From Octopus vulgaris (lineage: Eukaryota): DNA of 64,000 bases. Below are positions 13,212 through 27,402 of this stretch, one piece after another. Position numbers and translations under genes: made by a program. Where the stretch lies: contig OX597823.1 of assembly GCA_951406725.2 (NCBI GenBank), forward strand, positions 58,838,001 through 58,902,000. Reading direction: 5' to 3'. The notes beneath the pieces were generated by a model. It ran no database searches, was not told where the DNA came from, and saw only the letters and a program-made list of their open reading frames with translations. The stretch's first letter is position 1, and each line of letters begins with the position of its first letter.

Positions 13212-13750
13212 ATGGAGGCGCAATGGCCCGGTGGTTTGGGCAGCGGACTCACGGTCGTAAGAGCGCGGTTTCGATTCCCAGACCGGGCATTGTGAGTGTT
13301 TATTGAGCAAAAACACCTAAGCTCCACGAGGCGCCGGCAGGGTTGGGGTGGTGAACCCCGTTGTACTCTTTCACCACAACTTTCTCTCACTCTTTCTTCC
13401 TACTTTTGTCACAAAGCAGAGGATCCATGGTGTAACCCACTATGGTGTGGTAAACTGTCAGACCCTAGCCTAGATTGCGAATCCTCTATACCCCAGGATG
13501 GTTCAGCTCTCGACCCGTTAAAAGCCACCGTTTACGGAATGAGGATAACAATGTAGCTTTCGCACCCGTGCAACCGTCAATCTATCGCGTGTAGTGGGTA
13601 GATCTTCAAGTTGTCACACGCATTCTTACTAGCTTAGAGTAGGCTCGAATTAGAGATTATTCTTTGTGGCTAATGACGTGAGTCCTGATCGGGAGAAGAA
13701 GAAGAAGAAGAAGAAGAAGAAGAAGAAGAAGAAGAAGAAGAAGAAGAAGA
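13212..13750 (+). mobile_element. tRNA-derived SINE family B head joined to an unrelated body and (GAA)n tail
   Basis: ATGGAGGCGCAATGGCCCGGTGG (A box) ... GGTTTCGATTCCC (B box). Ends in (GAA)n at 13694-13750. Confidence 0.75.
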
Positions 13751-15151
13751 CAGCAGCAATAACAACAGCAACAGCAGCAGCAACAACAACAACAATACAG
13801 TATTGTGAATCGTTTCTCTTATTGAATAAACCTATATTTAGCTAATCAAAGGTGTACTAGGTAGGTGTCTCAATGTCAAAGTAAGGTGGCCACCTGTTTA
13901 ATGCATTGAAGGTTAATTAGACACGTGGCTGCTCCTCAAAGAACTCTATTTTTAATTAATTAAATTCTAATGACTTCATATATACATAGTTTACTACTGT
14001 GTCATTTTTCAGTGTCCTATTTTCGAAAATATCTTAAATCTTTCTCTTTCAGATGCAGCAAATCCTTGTACACTAAATCATGTTCTTAAATGCCACAATA
14101 TAAAGTAAAAACTGCAAGTAGGAGGGAGGCATCAACCGTTTCATCTAACTAACATTGCATAATTCGATAAGAATAACAAATATAATATTTCAGTTGTAAG
14201 CAAGATAATAATGCTGCAGCATGGTCTTAATTTTCACCGTTTCAAGAAATGCAAGACAGAAATCATCAAACAAAATAACAATATGGCACTGATCTTACCT
14301 GCTTTAATTTTAATAGTTTAAAGAACTTATTGACTAAAATCATGGCTTATATATCCTCTCTACAGCTTATGCTCATGTTTTTATGAGATTGTTTCCAATA
14401 TTTTTGTTATACTTAACATCTTTACGACACAGACAAGTTTGTAGATGATTGGGTCAATATGATGCCAGCGTGCTAGTTTTGGCGAGAAACAAAAGTATTT
14501 TTTAAATCTTTTACGATCAATGCATTGATTAAGAGCTAAAATCTTTTACCCCTTAACAACCCAATATAGAGCTTTCAGTACTGAGATTAAATGTACCCCT
14601 GGGCATGAAAACGAAAGGCGTGAAAATATACCCATGTATTATCTTTAATATAATTTTAAGCTGATAAAGCCCACAAGAGTTAAATCTGTTTGTATTATCA
14701 ACATTCTTCAATAGAATATTAAACAGTAAAGGAACACATCAACAATAACTACAATGATAACTTCAACAGCATTAAGAAGAAAGTCATCAGCAGCAGCAGT
14801 AGCAGCAGCAATAATGACAGTAACACCAATATTGAATTTTGTTTCTCTCTGTAGGTGTATATCTGATACATAGATATGCATATCTGATGGTAAAATTTAT
14901 CAGATTATTTGGTGTTATAGCTGTGAATATATGTAACATGATGACCATTATATATCGATGTTATCACAGTTAACTGACAGTATAACTTCGTTGTCGTTCG
15001 GCACAACTTTTGCAAACATGGTTGTCTAGTTAAGAGATGAGATTTTGATTCAAAGATTTAAACAGGCAACTGACATTATGTATAATAACCTAGGGTTGCC
15101 CAATAACACGTGAATGGCAATTGGTGGATGGAAGCTCTGTGTGTGTGTGTA

Positions 15152-15154
<3 letters not shown>

Positions 15155-15227
<73 letters not shown>

Positions 15228-15336
15228 GAGAGAGAGATTTATTGGCCACGCAGGGCTGAACACAGAAGGGACAAAATACAAAGTAGGGCTTTTCTTTTGG
15301 GGAAAAAGAAAAGGAAAAAGGTCGAATTCTGATCAA

Positions 15337-15414
<78 letters not shown>
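15155..15414. repeat. (GA)n and (GATA)n microsatellites
   Basis: GA tract 15155-15237 and GATA tract 15337-15414. Further GATA tracts at 19322-19499, 40430-40541 and 59289-59355. Confidence 0.95.
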
Positions 15415-15416
<2 letters not shown>

Positions 15417-15420
15417 ACTG

Positions 15421-15680
15421 GTACTCCGTCGGATACGACGATTAGAGCTTCTGTTAACCGGATCAACGGAACAGCCTGCTCATGAAATTAACGCGTAAGT
15501 GGTTATGCACTCCCCAGACACGCTTACCCTCAGTGTAGCTCTAAGGGAGATTCAGCATGACACAGAGTGTGACAAGGCTGGCCCTTTGATTTACAAGTAC
15601 TATTCATTTTTGCCAGATGAGTGGACTGGAGCAAGGTGCAACAAAATGTCTTGCTCAAGGTCACAACGCGCTCCCAGGGA
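15421..15680 (-). mobile_element. SINE body/tail fragment (family B-related)
   Basis: GAGTGGACTGGAGCAA..AAATGTCTTGCTCAAGG resembles the central segment of 17960-18020. The remainder resembles a common octopus SINE 3' part. Confidence 0.7.
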
Positions 15681-16199
15681 GGTATACGTATTTGATCTTA
15701 AATTTTTATAAAGCCCTAGTTTAATTCTAAATGCGTATAGATTGAATATAAAAAAAAATACAGGGAAAAGTTTTTATATTTTTAAATTAATAGATACCAT
15801 TTTTGTGTCTGTTTATGTTCATCTTGTCCAGACATTACAACCGTGAACGAGATTCGAAGTTTAAGAAATACGTTGTGCATTTGATGATCAGTTATACCTA
15901 GAATTAGTTATCCTCGTCAGGAAACTGTATATAAAACGCAGTCGAAAAAACAATAGTCTTTACATGTCTCATAAAATAAAGTTAGCGTAATTATTAAATT
16001 TCTAAAAAAATATATATATTTATAAGAATTTTAGTAGACACGACTATAAAATACATGCCTACAGCTTCTGAATGGTATTTGCAAATTAATTTTACCAAAT
16101 ATAGAACTAAATTTGCAAAGATTAAATTAAATATTTTTAGAAGTGCATATACATATATGTATGTATGTATGTATGTATTATTATTATATGTATGCATGC

Positions 16200-16239
<40 letters not shown>

Positions 16240-16376
16240 ATATATATATATAAATATATATATATATGTATATACACACATATATTTACTCATATACGTT
16301 ATATGTATATATGCGTGTGTATACATACTTACATACCAACATGCATATATGCATACATACATATACATACAAGCAT

Positions 16377-16454
<78 letters not shown>

Positions 16455-16555
16455 TTTATATATATATAAAATTTTATGCTTATAGGCGGAAGAAAGGCCA
16501 TATAATCCAGTGTGTAGAATTTATATTTACTTAGAAGCAGTTAGCGATTCACTCC

Positions 16556-16850
16556 ATACACGTGACTGGTCTGATAATTTATAATGAATGACGCTGCCTG
16601 CTGACCTCTATGAATGCCGCTTCGCAATGGTCATTGAAAATAACTAGGTGAAATTTATTGTAGGACAAAGGTCACTGGATATTTGTGTTGTAAAGCAACC
16701 GTCTTACGCAAGTCTGTGCCCATCAAGATCAACTACATCGTAAAGCGAGTTAATTCGTGTGCAATCAATATGTGTCGGTTATGGTGAAGCATACAGACGT
16801 TTGACAGTCCGGAAGAAACTTTACTGATCATGAAAGTCGTTCGAACATTT
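16556..16850 (+). mobile_element. Possible highly decayed mariner 5' remnant
   Basis: Weak mariner TIR-like start and SGRNFTDHESRS, resembling the HTH-region motif F.SGR..V.D.ERSGRP. Confidence 0.25.
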
Positions 16851-17543
16851 GTCCTTCAGTTTAGAGCTATCACAAACTGTTTTAATATTCGAACATTTTC
16901 AGACACAAAATTTGAAGTTTCATGATTTTTTAAAAGTGTTGAGAAGGTTTACATACAATGATCCATGCTACCAAAGGAGTTTGGATCCTTTGACTGATTT
17001 AAAGGAGTAAAAGCACCTGTAGCAACGGACCTTTAAAAATGTTTGTACATATTCCTGTGTAATACATTTCACTACCGCCTTGGAGTATTATGGATGATCT
17101 ACGTACAACTATTTTGGCGCAACAGTATTCTCTGAAAGAACAATTAAAAGTTAGCTTTTGGGGTACACGATGTACATATGTATTTGCTAGAAGTGCATGA
17201 TGTGTGAAGTCAAGCACAGCTGACATAATTTGCCGTATTTGTGTATCTGTATGAAGTGTTGCCTAAACAGAGAAACACAAAACTCTAGATGTACACCACT
17301 GCAAACACTGGGAGAATTAATGTATTATTGACGTGGTCTAGTAGCCAGAGGATTTGGACAAAAAGTAATCTTTCCAGAAATCAAATGTAAGGCGAAATTG
17401 TTGGGAGAAAGGAAACAAACGTAGCTGATGGTTTAGGAGTCACTCCTTATCCCATCAATAAGTGATAGATAAATATTGCCCCTTCATTTGACTCCAGTAT
17501 ATTGCTTAACTTCCATATACATATCAATGACATACATATATAA

Positions 17544-17574
<31 letters not shown>

Positions 17575-17780
17575 AACATTTATATACATATAGACAAACA
17601 CACACACACACATATTTCTTTGATACAAGAGAGAGGGAATTTATCTTTTACATTTGCACTAATTTTAGTTGGAAAAACAAAACAGCAAAATTGATTATGT
17701 AATCTAAATAAATAATTATTTTCACACGCATATTTATTAAAGATGATATCTATATGTAGTGTGTAAAAAAAAGGGTAAAA

Positions 17781-18099
17781 AGTCCCTTCTGTCATGAATG
17801 ACCATAGAAAGTTCTCCGAGACACAAGTCCGGGCAAGGTTGTTTACGGAAGACCAGCAGTCGCCCATGTATACCAGCTTCCCCTCTCTACGCTACCGATG
17901 TTACCCAAGAGAAAGTCAAAGGCCAATACAGCTTGGCACCTGTGACGTCGCAACTCATTTCTGCAGCTGTGTGAACTGGAGCAACAGGATATAAAGTGCC
18001 TTGCCCAAGAGCACAATACACAGCTCGGTCTTGGAATCGAACTCATTATCTCATGATTGTGAGCTAAAAGTTCTAAACACTGAGCCATGTGCCTTCACG
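17781..18099 (-). mobile_element. tRNA-derived SINE family D
   Basis: Minus-strand head GTGAAGGCACATGGCTCAGTGTTTAG ... GAGTTCGATTCC (A/B boxes). A second partial copy lies at 18289-18387. Confidence 0.8.
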
Positions 18100-18288
18100 T
18101 GTAGTATCAATGGTCAAATTATTTGGCAAGAGCGCATCCTCCTCCTTCAGTATTTTAGGCAGAGACTGACACTGTTTATTTAATGAACGTCTGTTGGTTC
18201 TGTTCTGAAACACCTGGTGTTGATGTTTTAATCTCTGCAGTAATTTCATTCGTCATTTGAAATTGCTAATTATATTCTATTTCGTTCA

Positions 18289-18387
18289 AAAGACCAGCAG
18301 TCGCCCGAGCATACCAGCTTCCCACCTCAACGCTACCGATGTTACCCAAGGGAAAGTCAAAGGCCGATACAGCTTGGCACCAGTGAC
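18289..18387 (-). mobile_element. SINE family D internal fragment
   Basis: About 100-bp near-copy of 17869-17946 (AAGACCAGCAGTCGCCC...CAGCTTGGCACC). Confidence 0.8.
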
Positions 18388-19235
18388 CGCTGAAGTGCAT
18401 TGGTAAAACGCTAAACTGCATCGGTTCTAAATCATAATATATTTTCCAAGATTAAAAATGTTTGAAGACTTTTTGAGTCTAAAATTCACATTGTTTTCGT
18501 AATTCAATTTTTTTCTCTGTTTTCTTATAGGAATTTATTTAAGAAATATCTTTTAAAAAAATAACATGACTTATGGGAAATCAGTTCCATAATTAATCAC
18601 ACAGAAAAAGTTTATTAGATAATGCTGGTATTTTGAATTGCTAAAAGAAAAAAAAACTTTCTTATTAAAAATCAAACCTTTTCAGAATTTAAGAAATAAA
18701 AATGCTGAAATGTAATATGGTATTTTTATCAAGTTTTATCAAGAATTTGGAGTCTGAACATTTTTACTTAAAGAAAACCGTTCATTTTTTTACATCTTGA
18801 AACAAACATGGACACATCCTCTTATAACTGGTTATCATTTTATGTACATCAAAGTATTTTTGGTGCTCTATGGTAGAAATATTTCGATCTGTTTGAGAGA
18901 AAAACGATAATAAATAAATATATAAATGGAACAAAATGAAACAAATATACCTTTCCAGTGTAACTCTTATCTTCGGAATATTCTCTATCTTTTTTATATT
19001 TCTATTTCATATATGCACATTATTTGTTATTGCTTTTGTTTTTGCATAATAACAACACTGATAACACTTTTAATCTATGCTATACATACATACATGCATA
19101 TATACATCTATGCATATATACACACATATATACATATACAGAGAGAGAGAGATGCGTGTATGTATGTATGTATATATGCATACATTCATACATACACATA
19201 TATATATATATATATATATATGCACAGATAGATAG

Positions 19236-19267
<32 letters not shown>

Positions 19268-19278
19268 TGAGTGAGTGA

Positions 19279-19316
<38 letters not shown>

Positions 19317-19343
19317 TATATGGATAGATAAATAGATAGATAA

Positions 19344-19404
<61 letters not shown>

Positions 19405-19428
19405 CAGATACATAGATGAATAGATAGT

Positions 19429-19499
<71 letters not shown>

Positions 19500-19689
19500 T
19501 GACAGAAGCACAAACAGAGAGAGGTGGATATAAACGTTAAGCGCAAATAAGACAATATTCAATATTAAAAGTAGTTTGATATAGTTTATTGACAGCTGAA
19601 ATTTCATAAATCACTACATCGTGATTCACACTGCCGACGACCGCACGATTATGAAAAACAAAAACCAGCCTTCTAGGAAGCGGATATTT

Positions 19690-21330
19690 ATAGTAAATTG
19701 TATTTGTTCCCCCCCACAGAATTTCGGAGAGCAAGTGGTCCAGTGTTTTTCAGGCATGAAGGAGAGCAAGGCATGACAGCCAGGCGGTAGTAGATGACGG
19801 ATGCGATATATGCATTCAAAACTTCTATCGTAGAATGCAGTATCTTCCTCTCGATGAGATTGGCCACACTGCTCGTTACCTATTCTCAATCCTTGACCAC
19901 TTGGATGTCTGAATCAAAAGAAAATCTGAGTCATTGTACTGGTCAGTCTGTTTAGAGCACCATGCTGCTAATGAATGGCGAGGTGTCGGTCCAACTGCTG
20001 GTTAATTTTTACTCCTGTAACTATCTCGATTCCCTTAGTGTAATACCGATCACCTCGATGTGTTTCGTGTCCGTCACTATTAGGGTATTGTTGTTCACGT
20101 ATGCAAGCAGAGATCTTTCGCATCATAATTCTGGCTACTTGACCCTCAAAATCTCCAGCTTCTGCAGGGATCGCTCTTCAGTCAATACGTGTAGATTATT
20201 AGAGAGGTGGCAACTACCAAATGCAATTGTATATTGCAACAATTCAGCTTCTCAAAACGGGTCCGAAACCAGGCGCCTTGAAGACAGCTGCCAATGATTT
20301 ATCTCGCAAACTTCAAGATCTTGACTAACTAGCCCATGTTACCTCTTCATCCAGCTATCACTTTTAGCATTTCTTCCGCAGTTATCTACCATTTACAAGA
20401 CTCTACATCATTATCTGAAAGGGATACAGGTCTCTGAGGTAGGCGGTACAATCTGGTCTCGGTCTCAGCCCCCACTCCCTCCTAACACTTGAACGAAGTG
20501 TCACTGAAAATCCGCATAAATCTGTTTGAAATGTGCCCCACGTGCCTCTCCCGATCCGTCAGTGACTAAATTGTGGCTTTGTTGCTCCGTTGCACATCTG
20601 TTTTCGGTGTTTGTCCGTGCTTATCAGCTTACTTTCCTTCAAGCTAGCTCTGACAACGTAAATGTCTTAGCTACGATCCTGGCTTCATCGAACTGCTTTT
20701 TCTAGATGTAGGTTAGATGGCTTTCTTTGCAGAGGACTATTCCTACTTGTGCGTCCGTGGCTCTCACCAAACGACAAATTTTTAAACATGAACAACAATA
20801 TATGACAGTTTCTCTTGCAGTTGCAATTAGAGTTTCAGGTGGGATGCAAGCTCAGTCCTTTTCCTTCAGTTCTCTTCATTCCCTTATCTTATAGCGAAAG
20901 ACATTGGAGGCTACTCCAGCGAAGGCAGCTTTGCTATTTATAGTTGTTGCTGTCCTTGGTGGTGGTAGTGGTAGTGTTATTGGTTTATCCTCTTCCGGTG
21001 TTGCTTTGTGCCGCTGCTGTTGATTTGCTGTTGTCACTATTTTTAGAGTCATTCCTGTTTTTGATTTAGTATTACAATTGTTTCTAACTTTGCTTTGCTT
21101 CTGCCCTTGATTTTTCTTCTGCGATTGCTTCTGGCTCTGTCGCTGTTACTGCTACCTCTGTTACCGTTATTGCAGTTGCTGCTCATATCGTTTCTGCAGT
21201 TGATACCATTGGCGCCTTTGCCGCTGCTGCTTTTGCCGTTTTGGGTTTTGTCATCTGCTACTTTTGTTACTTTTGTTGATATTTACGTTGTTGTTTTGAC
21301 TATGATTGTCGTTTACGTTATGGCGCTGTG
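19690..21330 (-). mobile_element. Degenerate L1/Tx1-clade LINE (RT remnant plus low-complexity ORF1-like region)
   Basis: Frameshifted translations SAYVNNNTLIVTDTKHIEVIG (decayed YADD region), IVTGVKINQ, VLNAYIASVIYYRLAVMPC and ITAEEMLKVI. Confidence 0.65.
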
Positions 21331-21875
21331 ACAATTTGTTTTGAATTTTCAATATTCAAATATGAAAACACCTCTTACCCACCCATGAGCATAATGCCGT
21401 TTATTCCATCATTGCTGCTGTTGCTGTTGTTACTTTTCGTCATGCTGTTGTTGTTATTGGTACTGTCATTTGTTGTTTTAGAAGAAGGGCAATTATTCGA
21501 ACTATGAACTTTCAACGCTTAAAAATTCTTCTTCCTTTCCATGTATTGTACGTCTATTTGCGAGTCCCCTCCTATTCCTCTTCACAGTTTATTGAATGAG
21601 GAAGCCGACGGCTCCGTATTTATAATAATATAAGATTTTCAAAACAAATTTCTAGCAAATTTGAGGCCCTAAGGAGTAACAATCTGAGACCCTAAGGAGT
21701 AACAACAACTCCAACAACAGCGACCATACAAAATAACGATAACAGCAACGTAAGCAAAAATACCGTCAGAACACAAACAAATAACATTATCAAAAACAAC
21801 GACAACAACTACAATGGCAAAGCTTACTTCGTTGGAGTAGCTTCCAGAATTAAATATACCGTCTCTTACTACAAG

Positions 21876-22510
<635 letters not shown>

Positions 22511-22698
22511 TCCTTTCTACTATAGGCACAAGGCCTGAAATTTTAGTAGAAGGGGCAAGTCGATTACACCAACCCCAGTACTCAACTAGTACTTAATTTA
22601 TCGACCGCGAAAGGATGAAAGGCAAAGTTGACCTCGGCGGAATTTGAACTCTGAGCATTTCGCCCGGCGTGCTAACGATTCTGCTAGCTCACCCACCT

Positions 22699-22700
<2 letters not shown>
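22511..22700 (-). mobile_element. SINE family C
   Basis: Reverse complement of the family at 23708, with a small internal deletion. Confidence 0.85.
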
Positions 22701-22765
<65 letters not shown>

Positions 22766-23707
22766 GAGTAAGAAGAAAAAGGAGTAAAAAAGAAAGAAGA
22801 AACTAATGCAGAACAAATTGATTATAGATAAAGATATTATTATAGTAATATATTGCTATTGCGGTTTCTTGGCTTCACTTGTTAATATTTGCTGAAGCTA
22901 CGAAATGATTGCGCATATGTAAACATATCACTTATACGTATAACAGACAAATGTCTGTCTCTGACTGCTTGTCTCGATATTTTGCATTAAAATAGATTTT
23001 GTCAGGATGATGATTAAAAAAAAAGAATCATGTACCGCGTTTCCAACGCAAGGAAACTACGCACACGCGCGTGCACACACACACACGCATGCAAACGCGT
23101 GTGTTGTGTATGTGAACGTATGTGTGTATTAATGCTTTTTAATTCATCATTGTCGTTATATTATAATTTCATAAGCTATCAATTCATTTTAGCTTTCTAA
23201 ATTTTGGCACAAATGTCAATATCTTTGACATTTTATTTATACATTTTTGACTTAATTCGTATTTTATCTCCAGCGCTTCGGTTTTTTTTGAAAAATATAT
23301 AACGAAAATGTATTCAAATTTAGATTGATATAGTTTTTTTTTTCTTTCTATATTATATGATAATATGGGAGTGAATTAAAGCAAAATGGCGTATTATATA
23401 AAATGACAACCAGAAATACAATGAGTGTGGATTTTTTTTTTCCAAAATAAACAAGCTAAATAACATAATATGGAAATGATTTAGATACAAGTAAATGTAG
23501 AAAGTGGACAAAAATTTTTAATGTTATCATTAAGAGCTTCAAAATTAGTGAAAATTGTGGGCGTCGCAAAATTTTTATGCTTTTGCGGCTTATCCAAAGT
23601 TGGCTAATTCTGGCGCGAGCATAAGATGTTTCTATCATCTTTATACATATTTGCAAGGCAACGAAGAAGTAGAAATGGAAGTATATATTCTATATTTCAG
23701 TCTGAAT

Positions 23708-23921
23708 AAGGCGGCGAGCTGGCAGAATCGTTAGCACGCCGGGCAAAATGCTTAGCAGTATGTCGTCTGTCTTTAGGTTCTGAGTTCAAATTCCTCCAGG
23801 TTGACTTTGCCTTTCATCCTTTCGAGGTCGATAAATTAAGTACAATTTGCGTACTAGAGTCGATCTAATCGACTGGCTCCTTCCCCCAAAATTTTGGGCC
23901 TTGTGCCCAGTGTAAAAAAGA
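23708..23921 (+). mobile_element. SINE family C, full length with 16-bp TSD
   Basis: AAGGCGGCGAGCTGGCAGAATCGTTAGC...GAGTTCAAATTCC (B box)...GCCTTTCATCCTTTCGAGGTCGATAAATTAAGTAC. TSD ATATTTCAGTCTGAAT at 23692-23707 and 23922-23937. Confidence 0.9.
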
Positions 23922-24818
23922 ATATTTCAGTCTGAATGTGGTTGATTTCTGGTTGGGGCACAAAAACTAATTTTGAGGATAGAGGTTTTGTCGAAATCAC
24001 GTCTTTGAAACGAAGGATGAAAATATGAAGTGGAACACATTTCACCTTCCTTACATCAAACATTGGATGGTTGATTAACCCATTTACCGAATTAATACCA
24101 TTACCTAGCGTGCCTTCAGAGACCCGCACTCTGCCGGACGTCTTTGGGTCAGGTTGCTGAGTTAAGTGGAATTAGTATCCTATCACTCTTCCACCAGTCC
24201 AAAGAGTATCGAAAAGGGTCATAGCCAATGGCTTTCTCCTCAAAATATAAGACATATAAAATATGATGAAGATATTCTTATACAGCGTGTAAGGTTCAGT
24301 AGACTAATGAGTTTGACACAGATAAGAACGAATGGCAAGAGAGGATTAACTCGTGACGAGTTTCTAAAATTTCATATATTCTGGACAAATCCTTATGGAA
24401 TCACAAGTTTGAGAAGGAGTGAAAATACTTAAACCAATGCTTCTCAAGTTCATTACTATTGTCTCAAAGTTGCAACTATCTGTTCTCCGTCAGCTATTCT
24501 TTCAGCAGATTCATGATAAGTACATTTAGCACATGAATTGATAAATTTAGTTAGTATATGTAAACGTATTAAGTCTGAATAAGAAAGACTCAAAACGATC
24601 AACAACTAGGGGATTGCAATTTCGATTCTTGTTACGATTAATAGTTTGTTTCTGTATTACTAAAATTAGAATAAATGTATTTGCATGCGCTGAATTGATC
24701 AATTCATTCATTGTTTGGTATCTTCTATAATTATTATACGTCATTTAATGTCACGTCTGCACAATTGATTGTCCTTAGAGAGAGAGGTGTGGAAGAGACA
24801 AAGAGAGGGGGAAGAGAT

Positions 24819-24855
<37 letters not shown>

Positions 24856-25674
24856 AGAGGAAGAGATTGATATAATTTCTGTATATAGGTGAAAACTACA
24901 TGATTTCTATTATTTCGTACACCAGATATATAAAATATGATTACCGCCATAATCCAATCTGATTTATTCTGTTCATGATTTCATCGTTATTATTTATACA
25001 CGACAACAGCTGAATATGAGAGTCATGTAATATGGAGTTTATATGCTGAGATAGAGAGTAAAATGCTTTGTGCTATATAGCTATTATATGATCTTCTGCA
25101 AAGCAAGCATATTTGCTTGCGTTTGATTAACTGACGAACACGTTTTCAGACACTAAATTGAGTAGTTACCAATATGAAGGACAATCAGCTGTAAAAGTAA
25201 TTATTCTCAAAATCAAACATTTAGCTCCTCACATACAAATCATATAGATTTTATATTGTTAAACCAATTATGCCTTGTATAATTACCAACCAATTAAATC
25301 GATATGACGGATGTGATGCAGCCATGATAAGGTAATAATAACTTAGCAAGCTGGTAAACATCTATACTATATAAGTACTTGTGTCGTACACATATACATA
25401 CAAACATTACCTGTCTATCCATCAATCAATTTAATTAATCAATCAATCTATCAATCAATCTATCTGTTTGTCTATCTGTCTGTCTGTCTCTCTCTGTCTA
25501 TCTATCTATCGATTATATATGTATGTGTGAGTACACATATACATATATGCACATACATATAAACATATATACGTACATACATACACACACACACACATAT
25601 ATATATATGTTTATATGTATATGCATATATATATATATATATATGTTCATGTGTAAATGCATATATATATATAT

Positions 25675-26121
25675 GTTCAGTAAAATTTAGATTCAGATGA
25701 ATATGGTACTTAAGTTAAAGGCACCAGAATTTAGTATGGTATTATCCATATAATTCAAAATGGGGTGATTATAATCAAAATAAACAACAAGCATATCCAG
25801 AGGTAATGCAGTACGATCGTTTCATGCGACTCCATTTAATTGAACAATGCAAACATTACATCACATATATATATATGTTTATATGTATATGCACATATAT
25901 ATATGTTCAGTAAAATTTAGCCGATGAATATGGTACTTAATTTAAAGGCACCAGAATTTAGTATGGTATTATCCATATAATTCGAAACGGGATGATTATA
26001 ATTAAAATAAGCAACAAGGATATCCAGAGGTAATGCAGTACGATCGTTTTATGCGACTCCATTTAATTGAACAATGCAAACGTTACATCAATTTAAAATG
26101 TAGACCAATCTTCAGCTACAT
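25675..26121 (-). mobile_element. Tandemly duplicated PLE-like pseudo-LTR with hammerhead motif
   Basis: Two ~190-bp copies (about 25675-25863 and 25905-26090). Minus-strand ATGTAG-CTGAAGA...(G/A)AAA-CGATCG-TA-CTGCAT. Confidence 0.6.
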
Positions 26122-26307
26122 AAAAATATAGAATTTAGTTAAATTCGAAAGACTCATATATACACACACTCACTCATATATATTTGTATACACATATGCA
26201 CGTATATATACACACATACGCACACACACTCACACATATATATATATTGATATACCCACATACATATACATACGCAAACATACATGCATACACATTTACA
26301 CAAAAAC

Positions 26308-26599
26308 AGACCGTACTACCTAGAGTGGTATGGTCAAAACTGGTACGCAGCATTTTGAGGATGAGCGGAGTAGACTTCGCGAAGAAAAGCAGAGACAGCT
26401 CAAGGAACGTCAGCAAAATCCTAGACGAGCTCATCTTCATCGGAGCCCATTTCGCTACTCCCTGTGTAATCGGACTTGTGCCTCCAGAATCGGCCTTTTC
26501 AACCACGAGAGGGCCTGCCAACACCATCAAAGCAATCCCTAAAGATCAAAGACGACGTCGTCATCTGTCAAGAAGGACTGCCTTAAGCAAATAAGCAAT
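26308..26599 (+). mobile_element. RTE-clade LINE 3' end
   Basis: VKTGTQHFEDER...CNRTCASRIGLFNHERAC (RTE C-terminal zinc-finger-like motif). Short 3' UTR and TAAGCAA repeat tail. Confidence 0.85.
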
Positions 26600-27369
26600 A
26601 GGTTACTATAGGAATTTTAACTAAATATTTCAGAGGAGTATGTTTAATCAAATTTACTGTAAAATCGATATACACCGCCACTAATATTAGATATACCTTA
26701 TATTTACAGTATTAAATTAGTCTTTATACTTATTTATTATATTAAACCCGAAAAAACTGCATTATACCAGAAATATTGATCAATTTAAATATATGAATAT
26801 CTTTAATATATATGCAATTATTAATAATTACTATAAAACCTAATGATAAGTATCAAATGTCCATTTTGATGCATGCACGCAAGAGGATCTCATTTCTATT
26901 TTGATATTTAAAGGATATCTAGAAAATTATGTCAAATACAACTTCTAAACAAAGAAGGCAGAAAGAGTTTCCAGGTTTATAATCAGTAGCCTTGCTTATA
27001 ATTTCCCATTCCAAAGAAAAGCATTTTTTCTTGTCCTTTAAATCCCAAATATATTTACTAAGGCTAGTGGAAGAAGATATGTTTCTATTACTAAGGTTTT
27101 AAATAAGTCTAGAAAATATGGCTTTACAGAGATTCAAAATCTCACAACCAGTAGTAAGTGTTATTGAACGCTTAACCAATGCTTCATACATCACTTTACT
27201 CTTTAGGAGTGATAAGGAGCAAATTGAGTTTGATACTGCACACTAACAAAAACATATCTTTCATGGCTATAACCTTTTGGTGCTGCTCTACGTCCTTTGG
27301 TTAAAGAGTTTATCATAACTCATCGCAAAATATGGTGCCTAGAGAAATGGGTACAGAAGTATCTTCCAT

Positions 27370-27402
<33 letters not shown>

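Noticed and set aside
21667-21705. Direct repeat CCCTAAGGAGTAACAA x2 (CRISPR-like?)
   Set aside because: Only two units with a 7-bp gap, in eukaryotic context. A simple slippage duplication.
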